A DNA stretch of 64,000 nt from Thalia democratica. Taxonomy: Eukaryota. Positions 1 through 12,388 of this stretch are shown one piece after another. Both the position numbers and the translations under genes were made by a program. Under the pieces are notes generated by a model that was not told where the DNA came from, did no database searches, and saw only the letters and a list, made by a program, of their open reading frames with translations. The first letter of the stretch is position 1. Each line of letters begins with the position of its first letter. The stretch lies in assembly GCA_965202585.1 (NCBI GenBank), contig OZ241830.1, positions 67,518,001 to 67,582,000 on the forward strand, written 5' to 3'.

Positions 1-254
1 AACCAGTCATTAAAATAATACTTTACATTAGCACAAAACAAAAAACGTCAACATAAGTTTACTTACTATAAAGCGCATTATTGTTGTAAAAACAATAACT
101 ATTGGAATAAAATAATAGATAACCAATACTGGGATATAGACAGTATTCAATAAACACGTATTTATTATCTTAGATAAAAAAAACCTTAAACGCAAAATTT
201 TCTGCCTTGCAATTAATAATACTTTTCTGCGAATTTTTTTGACACAATACTGAC

Positions 255-3200
255 CGCCATGATTCTGTGGAGAAACCTGTGAGTGTTTTTGAGAACCTTC
301 TGACTGTGAGACATCCTGGTGACCACCTGATTGAATATATTCCACACGTGGTTCTGCACCGACGACTGGTCCTCCTTCTTCGACAAGATCACCTTCCTTC
401 AATTGATATACAACAGGTTTGTATGGAAACAATGTACAGTAAGACAGTGTTTGTATAAATGATGTTAGAATTTTAAACTTATATTTATAAAAAAAAAACA
501 GTCTTTATTTCGGATGCCATTTATAAAAGCACTAAAAGTTTTAATACAGTTTTTAATTTAAAAATGTATACTAAAATCCAAAATTAGCTGAAAATACTGC
601 TTGATAAGTTTATTTATGTTTGTAAAATTAAAATTTAATAAAAATGCAGCAAAGTATTCATTATATCAACAAAACAAATAACTTGATTCAAACAAACTTG
701 AGTATTTTGTAGGCGTAATAGTACCACCCGCTCAACAGGCTGAACCTGAACAAAATAACTTCCAGCTTGCTTCTTGAAATTTTCGCGCGCGAAAAGAAGT
801 TTTTCTCCTTCATAACGTGGTCGCTTATCAAACAGGCCTCCTTGTATCTTTTGCACGTGTTGAGCAGGTTCAGCAACTCCTTGATTGATAAGGTTGATTA
901 TATTGGTGGAGTCTTAGGTCGTAAAATTTTTTGTACTAAAGAAATAATATGCAGCAAAAATATTAAAATAGTTTGGAATCTTAAGTTGTAAACTATTTGT
1001 ATTAAAATGGATTTTTTTGGTATGATTTAACCTTATGTTAAAGTTGAGCTTATCTCACGGCATACGAAGGTCCAGGCTTAAGCTTTTAACTTTGTCAAAC
1101 TTTTAACTTTTTAATAATAAAAAAAAAATTATGCATCTATCTTAAATAAAAATTGTTTCAATTAAGAACTTTTGATAGTTTGAATTAAAAACCAAACATA
1201 AAAAAACTTTTATATATAATTTTCAAAAAAATTAAAAACATTGTTTTTTATAACTTTTTTATTTTACATATAAAGGTTTCTAATAACTAAAATAGTTTTA
1301 AAAAAATTGAACGTAAGCTTTACTAGTATTAATAACTTATTGTAATAAATTGCAGAACTTATAAAATCACTTAAAAAATTTTCACAGCATCAAAGCTCAA
1401 ACATTAGTATGTATTACACAAAAATGTTTGTGTTTAATACTGATTTTTAAAAAGTTTTCTTCTTGACTGAAATTTTCCGTATAATTGAGCGTCCGGATAA
1501 GTGAATAAGCATTGTACAACTAAACTATTTTTCAATTAAAAAATTACACTCATATTTCAAACTCGCTTACAAGTGTCAAAAGCAAAACTAAAAGAGTTTC
1601 AAATACACTAGCGTTCTAAAACATACCTGTGAAACAGTATCAAAACAAACCTTGTAAAAGTCGATCCACTGCCTCTGCTTGAAGACCTGCCAGTCGGCTT
1701 TCAGGTACAATTCCTCGTCAATCCTCTGCTTGCCCGCCCTCTTGCAAGTCACTTTGATCTCGCCTGCGAACGGGTTGGTTGTTTTCCTACTTCGCTTCAC
1801 TATTGACAGCTGAAAAATTTGAACGTTGAACCAGTTAATTTGTATTTATTTTAAAAGTTATTAAGTGCCCAGACAGTATGAGAAAATTAAAGTTTGATAA
1901 TTCGGTAAAGACCTTGTAAATAATATATTTTTGTTTACACAAAGTAAAGTGAGAAATGAAGAATCAGCATGATATTTAGAAGATAAAATAAGTAATTTTT
2001 TTAAGAAAAATTTAACAGATAAAAAATAAAAGTTGCATTCAATATGGTCGTCAAAGGTTTTTCTGACAAAATTTTCTAGGTTTTCTAAACTTATTCCAGA
2101 TATTTTAAATAACAATATTTTGGTTTCTTTTGGTTTGAAAGTAAATTTAAGGTAAACAACTGACTTAGAATGTATAACAACATTGAAAAGACACTGTAAA
2201 TCTACTTAAAATATGTTAAAAAAGCACTTTATTATTATTTTCTTTTACTATATGATAGATTTTTGAAATATAATCGAAATTTAATTTCTTTGCATGTTAA
2301 GTTTCTTTAAAATTCCAGATTTTTTAATGATTTTTGTTCAAAATTCCAGATTTTCCAGGCTTTTCCCAGATTTCTCAAACTCCAGGTTTTTTTTTACAAA
2401 ATTGTCAAATGTCAGGTTTTTTAACAACTCTGATACGAAAATAACCAAACAAAGTACTTTTATATTTATTGGAAAACAAGAAAACTGTCTGTACTAAGCA
2501 GAAAAAGTGCTAACTGAAATTAACCTCAGTTTTGAAAGTACTTTTCAGTCTGTTGGCGAGCATAATCAATACAACATCCGCTGCAGCTGCTAGCTTCTTT
2601 CTGTGATTAATCATGTTTATTAGCATTAAGGGTATAAGTTAGTTAAGAATTAATAAACATTTTTTTTACTTCCAGTAACTTTAAAAAAAAATAGTCTATC
2701 AGTTGGTATTAGTGATCTATCGTATCCTAATTTTGTGAATTGGTTTAAGCACTTATAATTGAGCAAAATATTTCTTTAATTTAAAATTTGCTTTAAAGCA
2801 GTGTTTCTAATAATATATGTATTAAAACTCTAGGTTTTCATAATTGGTTATAAAACTTCGGTGCAATTTTTATTATCAAGAAAAACATTCTACAAAAAAA
2901 AACATTTTTGAAAACATTTTAACTTAATAATTTAACCACAATAAAATAATCTACTGTAAAAAGTATTAATAATACAATTACAAAACAACTAATGTTCGGT
3001 TTTTTTCTATAGTTTCTACACATTAAGCGTTTCATCAGAACAGTAACAGAGTTAAAATAAACCTTTTTTAAAGAATCAAAAAATTTCACATTATAACGTT
3101 TCAAATAAATTTAAATAACTTCAGTTGGCTAATGCATTAGCCAACTAAAACTATTCCAATTTATTTGAAACGTCGTAATGTGTATTTTTTTGATCCTTAA

Positions 3201-4117
3201 AAAAATATGCTAACTTTGTTATTGTTCTGATGAAACTACAGTAAACAAACCGAACATTAGTTTTTTTTTTATTATTAATATTAATCTCTGCTTTCGTATC
3301 AAAAGATTTGGCTTTTATCGAATAAAAAAACAGCTCCAAATACTGTTTTAAGTACATAAGTAATCTTCTTAAAATTATCTTTTCCTCATCTAGATTTTAT
3401 TATACATATTTATTAATAATTTTTAACTTTGCTAAAGCTAAACAGAACGTAAGGAAAAAATCAGACTTCAAATTAGGGTTTCATTATAAAAAAATACTAT
3501 TTAATTTTAGCTAACGATTCTTAAATTCTATTTAAGCTGATAAAAGTGTTCTGGTAACTCGAAACGGCACAGCTTGACTTCTTAAACATAAAAACAAACG
3601 CGCTAACTTAACATTCAACAAATAACAAACTTTTTATTGGGATGCTGGCCCCACTTTTTGAAAACTTTGAACCTGCAATTCAGCAGCCTCATCTGGTCTT
3701 TCGGTGAAATTTCATTTTCATTCTCCTCTTTCTCAGCTCCATCTAGTGTCTAAAGTATTATCAAAAAATTAGACACTTCACAAAATCTCAAAAAGTTTCA
3801 AACAAAAGCAGACTAATTAAACAACCAAAACACCTCGATGGCGACGCGGTATTCCCCGGTGTCGAGCAAGATGGCGGCCAGCTCCAGCCTGATGTCGACC
3901 GAGTCCTCCGCCGATATCTGCAGGCACTTGAAAAAATTCTCCTTGGCGCTCTTGTAGTCGTTGAGCTTCAGCAGCAACATGCCCTTCAACTTGAACAGCT
4001 CTTTGCTGGTGGAAAAGTGCGCGAAGTGGTGGACTTCCAATTCCTCGATCAACCGCAACGATTCGACGTACTGGCCCGCTTCGAAGCACGCCACGCAAAC
4101 ACTTATCTGCACGTCCG
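255..4117 (-). CDS. GTF3C3: GTF3C3 copy A, internal exons (last three exons would lie left of the window)
   Basis: Exons 4117-3834, 3749-3631, 2600-2542, 2493-~2429, 1809-1627, 879-698 and 396-255 match copy B. Confidence 0.9.
2959..3291. mobile_element. Palindromic foldback/MITE-like element in a GTF3C3 intron (copy B ~36537-36869)
   Basis: Perfect 24-bp palindrome agttggctaatgcattagccaact at 3123-3146, with imperfect inverted arms extending about 160 bp each side (e.g. gttctgatgaaac and aaaccgaacattag on opposite strands). Confidence 0.8.
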
Positions 4118-4140
4118 CTGTTTGTCAGGAACTTGTTAAG

Positions 4141-4571
4141 CAGGGTTGCCAAAGGATTTTGGCAAGTTTTCTCCAGGTTTTCAAAATTTCTTCCAGGTTT
4201 CTAAAATTAGACGTTTTACGGTCTATTTTCAGTTTTTAAATTAAGTTTAAGGTAAAAAACTGTGCCTAATAGTATAACAACATTGAAAAGATTTCTAAAA
4301 GCTTCTATAAATTTGTTTTTTTATTAAAAAAAATTTGAAGATGACAAAAATGTTTATTTATAAGATAGATTATTTATTTGCAATTAAAACTTTACTACTT
4401 GACATTTAAAAGTTGTTTAAAATACCATACTTTTCAGGTATTTTTAGTGATTTTTACTCAAAATACCAGGTTTTTTTCAAAATTACTCTAATTCAGGATT
4501 TTTCTTTTTTTTTTACCTTGAATTTTCAAATTACAAATTTTTCCTGGATTCGAGGTTTTTTGGTAACCTTA
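4141..4571. mobile_element. hAT-like non-autonomous element (MITE); related decayed copy at ~2044-2432 (copy B ~37719-38150 and ~35622-36010)
   Basis: Left end cagggttgcca; degenerate inverted right end tggtaacctt; internal ccagg/ccaga-tttt repeats. It shares blocks with 2070-2430 (ttaaggtaaa...gtataacaacattgaaaaga). No clear TSD. Confidence 0.55.
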
Positions 4572-5399
4572 AAAAAGACATAACTTAACCCTCATATCTT
4601 TTAGTATATTAGTTTACAATAAAATTAAAAAATCTTAACTTTGCAGGTATTTTTTTACCTTTATATATATAATTATGTATACAATATTAACAACTAGTTT
4701 TTTTTTTTGCTTAATTTTAAATAGCACTATTTTTAATTTCAAATAGGCCACATAAAAAATTCAAAGTAAATTTTGAGATAAAAGCCAGCGAAGTTGGTGA
4801 GCTCAGTAAGTTCCTTAAAGAAAGAGCAAACAAATAACGCAAAAAAAAAGATTATTTCACTAAAAACCTATCTTCTCCCTAAAATACATTCTATTTTACA
4901 GAAAGTCCATTATCAATATTTAAATATTTTTTAAATACAAAAATATTTTCATTAAAAAAAAAATATTTATAATATTTTAAAAATTTCAACATTCAAAGTC
5001 TTAAAACTATATTAGGAACTATTCCTAAAAAATTTTGAGTCTTAAATTTTACAAATGAAATAAAAAAAGATAGATATTTTGTGATTTTAAAAATTCTGAG
5101 AAAATTGACAATGAAAAATTTGTAACTTTTTACAAAAAATAAAACATCTCAAAATTCTATAATTTTTTACAAAAAATAAAACATCTCAAAATTAAAATAA
5201 ATTTTTATAATATCAAACAGTGGACTCATAACATGAAAAAGTAAAAATTAAGTTTTTGGAATTTTTCTTTGAAAATTTGTAGGTAGAAAGTCAAGGTTCT
5301 AAACTAAACTGTAAAAAGAACTATATATATATAACAACATTATTAATATTTTTTTAACATCTCTATCTACTTTAAGGTTTTTTTTCGCTAATAAGTTAA

Positions 5400-6084
5400 G
5401 GGCATAGGGGTGTCCGACATTTTTTTTTTACAAAAATAACATTGGACCTTATATGAAAGCTTAAAGTACAAACAACAAGCCAGTTTTTATAGAATTAAAA
5501 AAAATTATTTAACTTTTGAGATATTCTAATTTTCATAAAAAGTTTCCAATACAAATGAAAAATTGAAAGTTTTTCTAAGTCAATTTTCTTGGAAATTTAA
5601 AACATCACTAAAAACGTATCTTCTCCTTCATTTTTTGCGATAGAGACCTTAAATTTTCAGGAAACGTTCCTTTTGTAGTTTAAAAAAATTGAAAGTTGGA
5701 GTTTTTAAATATTAAAAAAATAACTTTAGATAAGAATAAAACAAAAAAAAATAGGTGGTTTTTTTTTTAATAAAAATTTTATTTTTCAAAATTAAAAAAA
5801 TTTCAATCTTTTTAAAATTTAATAATACACTTTTTTAGAAAATTTGAAGAACATTGCTTTAAAAATGAAGGAGGAGATAGATTTTAAGTGAAATGGTCTT
5901 TTTTTGTGTTTTTAGTTTGGGCCTTTCATTAGAAACCTATTGATGTCACTGACTTTGACTGCTCATGTTTTTAAAAATACTATGAATTTTTTCAAACTGT
6001 TAAATTAAAAATGTCTGATAGCTCGGATAAAACTCTATAAAATAAGATCAACTTGTAAAAATCAAGGAGGACCCCCCTATGCCC
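5400..6084. mobile_element. 685-bp MITE with TTAA target-site duplication (GG-terminated; Kolobok/Sola3-like)
   Basis: TTAA(5396-5399)-gggcataggggtgtcc ... ggacccccctatgccc-TTAA(6085-6088). The 16-bp TIRs have one mismatch. The superfamily assignment is an inference from the TTAA TSD and purine termini. Confidence 0.8.
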
Positions 6085-6139
6085 TTAAGCTTATTGTGTA
6101 AGTTAAGAATATTTCATATTCTTGTAATAATTCATAAAA

Positions 6140-6750
6140 CTTCGAAAAGTTGAAAAACAATAGTATCAAGTAGGGATGGGAAATGTATGACCTGTAGACC
6201 AAATCTGTTAGCAAACAGAAATATGTGGCTGTGAAGTATTTTTAGCTTTGCAGAAAACAAATAAAATTAAGCTCTTACTAACAATAACTATACAATTTTC
6301 TTTTAATTTATTTTTAGTACACAGTTGTTTTTAATGAACCAGTAATTTAAACAATTAGTTTCAAACATTTTTTTTTCTTTGTGGTTGTAAAAATATTCAA
6401 AACTACATAGCCCACTAAAACTGCTTTTTAAAAAGTCTAGCCAAAGAGAGAATTTTTTAAGTAAATTTGTTCTAATAACTAAAAAAGTTTTCCACCCTTA
6501 TTACAACAGTACAAAACTTTCTTAGACAAAAATGTAGTATTTGTGCAAACCAACTATGATACATAAAAACAATGATAATATTTATTTGACAAAACAAAAC
6601 CAACTTGTTTTCATAGGAAGTAGAACACATCTGGTTGTATTCTTGCTGCTCAGCATAAGTGTATGTGGAGCTGACAGGCTTCAATTCCAGGCTGACTTCT
6701 GTTGAGTGTGGCTCCTCTGCTTGTGAAACATCCATTTGTTCTTCACCTTC
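6140..6750 (-). CDS. Two candidate upstream GTF3C3 exons (~6750-6602 and ~6245-6140); the same in copy B at ~39719-40329
   Basis: The peptides GEEQMDVSQAEEPH...STSYENK and LKILHSHIFL...FPSLLDTIV loosely resemble the acidic linker and helix that precede the matched region of GTF3C3. Splice phases are not cleanly resolved. Confidence 0.35.
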
Positions 6751-7199
6751 TTATTGATATTAAATTTATTAGATAAGTTTACTAACTATTCTTAAATTGC
6801 ATTAGTAAAACATTTACTTTATACATTAGTATTTGTGTATATTGTTTTATTAAAACAACAATGATCAAATATAAAAAAATGTTTTTTCTAAATATTTAAA
6901 CTGTAGTAGAGAATTTCTGTACAGTATTTTTCTCTGAATACTGACCACCAAAACTGTCAAATTTTGTTATTAAAACCAAGTGCATGCAGTTTTTGAAACA
7001 ATAGTTCTAAGTGTACCTCTAATATATAAATACTTTAAATTATCAAAAATGTGTATTTGCTTTATTAAGAAGAATCTAAAAAATAATTGCAAACAAAAGG
7101 TATGCCGGCCAAAAAATTAGTTACCCCAAAATCACATATTTTTCATCTTAAACAGTAATAAAATCACTTATACATGTCCTAGACTTATACTTATTGATT

Positions 7200-10100
7200 T
7201 GGTCTTAAGACGTTTTTGAGACTTCTTTTCATGTAATATGACATCATAATCACCCTAAATACACAAACTTTGTCTGTAAAATAATGATTTTTGGAATATT
7301 GAAAAGCATAGCTGGTCAGTGATTTTAATAAGAAAAAATAATGTAAAACAAAAATTTCAGGTTATTTACTTACCTTTAAAAGTTTAGGTGATGTGGTGTG
7401 CATGTCAACGGGATATTTGATGTTGTAGTTCATTTAGCTTTAAGTGTTTAAAAAACCCTTGAATATTTATTTAATTAGCACACAACAAATTAATGAGATA
7501 TTAAAAAGTTATGATTTATTATAGGCAAGATAATGTTGTATAGCATTGAACATTAAATTAATGATTGCAAAGTAAAGACTTTACAAATAAATAACATTGC
7601 AAAATAAAACAAAAATTGTATCATTTAGCATTAACACTTAACATTGTTGCAAATGACTGATACTTTTAGAAGTTTTTGCATAAAAATCTGTGTACACACA
7701 AGTTATAGTTGTGTGAGTGAGAATCTATTATAAAAAGAATTAAATTTTTTAGTATACTTGAACTTTGTTTCAAAAATACTCTACAGAGTTTTGTTTGTCT
7801 TGTAACATATGGACTTTGTGGCAATATAAAAGTAGTTATTTTTCAAACTCATTCATGAATATTTTGATAAGTGTGTCTTTATTTAGCATTCACTCACTAT
7901 GCACAAAATGGTTTTTTTTATTTTCTACCTGCTTCAAAAAGTTGTTATACCAATGACTACAAAAACTGTATAGTTTTGGCAAATATGGCAAAACGATTCA
8001 AATTAAATAATAACTAAAATGATTTTGCAAAAGTTAAATTTAATGCTATTACCTGATGAGATAAAGGTAAATAAAATAAATCTTGTACAAATTGTTAAGT
8101 AATAAACATATTTAAAACAAAAAGAAAACAATTTCGTAAAATTAAGAGTTGAACGCTTATTTTATATGTCTTTATAAAGTTGTCAATGTAATTTATATGA
8201 GCTTAATGAATTACTGTAGCTTAAATATTAAACAATATGTTAAACCAGTTATCGCCAATGTAGTAAAAAAGGTAGAAACTACGAAAAACTTTAAAAAGAA
8301 TGAATAATAAGAATGAAATTAAAACAGTTTATTTTTTACAAAAAAAAAAAGTTTAAGGTTTAACATTATGTAAAATAAAAAGCATTTTATGTTCGAAAAA
8401 GCTAAAAACAACCCTGCCATGCTAAGATAGTGTTTCAATTTGTAGTTTTTATGAATTCTCTAAAGTCTTACATTTTAATGTGACATCACAATAAAATAGT
8501 ACTTTGCAAAATATTTTTTTCAATGAATATTCTTTTGAGAAAAGCACTTGTAGTAAAAACACCTTAGATGCTGTAGGTGTAAAGTAACTCTTTTTTTTTT
8601 CTTTTTTATACTGTTTATGTGAGCTTTGTACAATACTTAAGCAAACTCTATTTGATTGTCAATATTTTTGAAGATAAAACTTGATGATTGTTGCTCATTT
8701 TATCTTCTAAAACTCTTATATTTCTACATTGTGTGAGTAAGTTTAAGAACGCATTTGACCTAGTTTGGCATTCAACAGTCTTGAAAGTTTATGTTGATAA
8801 TTTATATTGTTTTTCTCATGCAATACCTTTGAAGAAATTCTTTATTTAATCTTCTAGTTCATCACAGAATCATATATCTTTAATAATAAAAAGTGTGATA
8901 AGTTTTTATACTTACAAGTATGGCATGTACAGACAAGATCAATTGGCTTGAATGCACTTACTTGATGCAAAAAATCATCAAGAGGCTTTAAAAACTTGCA
9001 TATCAGTCTTTAAAATCTTTGAAACATCATTATAAAGTGAAATAAGTAGAGAAAAATTCAAAATAATAGTTTGGCAACCAACAGTCTTGAAATTTATGTT
9101 GATAATCTATATTATTTTTCTCATGCAAAACCTTTGAAAAAATCTTTATTTTATCTTTTAATTCATCACAGAATGCATATATCTTTATTCATAAAAATTG
9201 TGACAAGTGTTTATACTACAAGCATGACATGTTCAGACAAGATCAATTGGTTTGAATGCACTTACATGATGCATTTAAAAAAAATCATCAAGAGGCTTCA
9301 AAAACTTGCATCTCAGTCTTTGAAATCTTTGAAACATCATTGTAAAGTGAACTGAGCAGAGAAATTCAAAAGAATTCTTATGAAAAATCTTTTGAACCTC
9401 TGTAAAATTTTTAATCTTCTAGCTTTTTTCAAAGGTCTTTATAAGTTGTAACTTTGGCTTTCTCCTACATCTTAAGATTAGGCAATGGATCACACTTTTT
9501 GGAATCTGATTAAAGATGAGTACCTACTACAGCAGCTGTTGAGGTTAGTTTGTTTTATAGTTAATTAGATTGTTTTAATTTGTGCAAAACTTAGTATTTT
9601 TGCTAGGGTTACCAGTTATAGTAGTTGAATAATCAGTAACAAAGTCAAGGTTTTTTGGATATTTACAATAAATCTTGATATTCTGTCTTAAAGTTTTAGA
9701 TTTTCTATTTATCAATTGTTGAGTCCTTTTAATACTATTAAATTTTTTGAGTTCTCATGCTTGAATAACATTAAGCTTTAGATGTTAATTAAGTTTTGCA
9801 CAAATTCATATTAGCTATTCATAGAGTTGTATCCTTGGTTTATAAACATATATTTGTTTTGTTGGGCTTCATTCTCCTAACATTACTAGGCTATCTTAAA
9901 TTAAGAGAAAACTTAAAAAAGAATAAATAAAATCACTTAAAAGTAGCAACATTTGTGCTAAACTTTATATGCTTGTATGAAGAAGTTTTTTGTTCATGAA
10001 TGAAGCCCAAAGAGACAGCAAGCTAATCTAAGTGTAGAAGTTTATTTACAACATAAAAATTAAGTTGTTTAGTTCTGATTGTATTAATGTAGTTTATACA

Positions 10101-10850
10101 TTTATAAATTAATGATTTGTAATAAGAGTTACTTAAAGTGTGCATAAAAGATAAGTAGGAAGAGTAGTTATAAAACAAAAATGTCATTAGTTTCAAAGCT
10201 GTTTTAATTGTTATAAAGCTTTATTTATTCATTTTTTTTACAAAAGAAAACAGTTAAACCATATCAGGATTAGGTTTGCTAAAAAACAAAATGTTCCAAA
10301 GTTTTAAGTTTACACTCATATATTTACAAAGCAATTCACAGCAAGCAAAATTTAAAATTTGTTAGTGTAAATTTGTATGAGGTTTATTCTCACTTTTTTT
10401 TAATTTTTCTCTTCTTCTATCACTAACTTCTTTCTGTTCTTTTATCTATCAATAATTTCTTTTGTTCATATGTTTGCACTAATAAGCATTTATCAACAAC
10501 TTGCTGTATTGTTTTTTATGTATATGACAAATGTAAAGACTCAATTTTGGTAATAGTATAAATATACAGCCATAAAGATTTCAAATGATGCAAGTATTTG
10601 ACAAACTTTGAAATGAACTACAGGCTAATAAACATATGTTATTGACACAAAGTAGTATGGTTTAACTGTTTTAGTTTGTAACAATGTATTGAAATGATAA
10701 GTTCAAAGCATCAAACACCTTTAATTTGTATGCACATTTTAAGAAACACACAAAAAGTTGTCTGAGATCAGTGATTAAACAAAGCAATTAAGTAAGCATT
10801 CAAAGTCTATTAGTGAATATATAAAGTAAATTAAAGTATACTAGTTAGTA
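7200..10850 (-). pseudogene. Possible heavily decayed DNA-transposon-like coding relic (copy B ~40780-44430)
   Basis: Stop-interrupted minus-strand peptides with Cys/His clusters (ICHIHKK, SCKCIQTN..SCL, WYNNFLKQVENKK...YCHKVHMLQ). No catalytic motif confirmed. Confidence 0.25.
8761..9376. repeat. Diverged direct tandem duplication, period ~306 bp (copy B 42340-42955)
   Basis: tagtttggca...caacagtcttgaaa...gacaagatcaattgg...gaaacatcatt occurs from 8761 and again from 9067. Confidence 0.9.
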
Positions 10851-11474
10851 AGTAGTGATGGTAGTAACAGCGCAAACCTTTGTAATTATTAGATTGCTAA
10901 ATAATTACTTTACAATGAGACCAATTTAACTATCATGGATAAACTTTAGCTTAATAAGTTACATGACAAGTAAAGTGATATCCTATAGTAGGAACAGTAT
11001 AAAACTGAAGTTAACAAGAACATAAACTATTTTTTACAATTTTAAAGTTTTATTTGACAAAAATATAGTTACTACTTGAATCAAAGTAATTTTAACTGTT
11101 TAGATGAATCTCAAGTGGTTTTTTATTTTTGATTAATTTAAGTTTTATACTGTTTTTAAAAGGTTATCTAAGTAAAATAAATTTACATAAGCAAGTTAAC
11201 TGACTATTGTTTAAATGTATACATAGAATACAGTTCAATCATATAAATAGATTTGTCAATGTACACATTTAAAAGGTCTGTAGTTTTTTTCTTTTTTTAT
11301 TTGCTTTATTTTCTGTAATTAAAAAGTACACCTATCTATGAGGTTGATGAACTGTTTTCCATGTATATGTAAAACATTAGGTACTTAACCAGGATGATGT
11401 AGTATCTGTATTCATTTGTTTTTGGGTTTTAACCCTAACTTAAACATGTAGTTTTAACAAAATAAAGGCATCTA

Positions 11475-11805
11475 TAAGGTACGCATTCTAAGTATTACGC
11501 ACTAGTTTTTTAATAACACTTTCTCTGTTATAAGTAAAGATTTTCTTTAAGTACTACGCACCCGCATAAGGTACGCACTAAATTTTCAATAACACATTAT
11601 TTGCATTAATTAAATAGGTTTTCTAAAATAATGTACGCACCCGCTAAAAGTACGCACTAAATTTTTAATAACACATTATTTGCATTAATTAAATAGGTTT
11701 TCTAAAATAATGTACGCACCCGCTAAAAGTACGCACTAAATTTTTAATAACACATTATTTGCATTAATTAAATAGGTTTTCTAAAATAAGGTACGCACTA
11801 AATTT
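11475..11805. repeat. 79-bp minisatellite, ~3 full units plus partials (copy B 45054-45384)
   Basis: Unit gtacgcacccgctaaaagtacgcactaaatttttaataacacattatttgcattaattaaataggttttctaaaataat; gtacgcac anchors at 11633, 11712 and 11791. Confidence 0.95.
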
Positions 11806-11991
11806 TTCAGGCCCCCACCCATATTTTCAAAAATGGGGATTTCCCCAAACCGAAAATGTGATGAGATTTTTTGATGGAGATTATTTAAATTTATTTTTTA
11901 AGGCATTTCGCCGGCGAAAAATTTTTCATCTTTTCCTTTTCTCTTTTTCTTTACGGCCTTTTTTCTTGAAGGCCCTCTTTTTCTGTCAAAT

Positions 11992-12388
11992 AGACCGTGA
12001 GTAGCGTAACTGCCAAACGAATATACGTTTATGCGTTGTATTTGTACGGTCTTTATCTGTTATCTTTTACTAACCTTGAGCTTATGTGATCTAATTCATT
12101 GATGTGAAACCATTAAAGGCCTGACGGTAATATCAGTTATAGTTTTTCAATTATGACTGAGTGGTTTTATGTTTATGAGTTTGAAAGTTAAGTTTAAGGT
12201 AGCGGACAAGACTAAGGGCAGGCCGGAGAGATGACAGGTGCGAAGCACCGTGTCATCGACCGGCCGTAGCCCTTTGTTTTTTTTTAATTCTTGTCCTTTA
12301 GGCCCGGTTACTCTGCTGGTCGGCACCACCTTTAGTTATGACTTTGATGTACGAGTAAGTGTGCTAGTACTTCTAAGTCATAACTAAA
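11992..12388. other. Cluster of three long inverted-repeat hairpins (structured RNA or ssDNA candidate); copy B 45571-45967
   Basis: H1 11992-12052 (agaccgt/acggtct, aaacg/cgttt). H2 12214-12274 (aagggc/gccctt, ggccgg/ccggcc, gatgaca/tgtcatc, ggtgc-gaa-gcacc), extended by ggacaaga/tcttgtcc. H3 12331-12388 (perfect 14-bp tttagttatgactt/aagtcataactaaa). Confidence 0.75.

Noticed and set aside
28-458. ORFs 28-432 (-) and 267-458 (+), and their copy-B twins
   Set aside because: They are wrong-frame or antisense shadows of the GTF3C3 exon 396-255, whose real frame reads VWNIFNQV.
3000-3045. Hammerhead-like CTGATGA...GAAA on the minus strand, with other CTGANGA hits at ~8053, ~14690, ~20110 and ~21087
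   Set aside because: Stem II closure and/or the NUH cleavage site are missing.
3817-4239. ORFs 3817-4152 (-) and 3961-4239 (+)
   Set aside because: Shadow ORFs of the GC-rich GTF3C3 exon.
11475-11805. CRISPR-like array
   Set aside because: The units are wholly repeated with no unique spacers, and the context is eukaryotic; the same applies to the 158-bp repeats.
12147-12329. 60-aa minus-strand ORF over the hairpin cluster
   Set aside because: It has a non-ATG start and is explained by local GC richness; the pairing pattern points to structure rather than coding.
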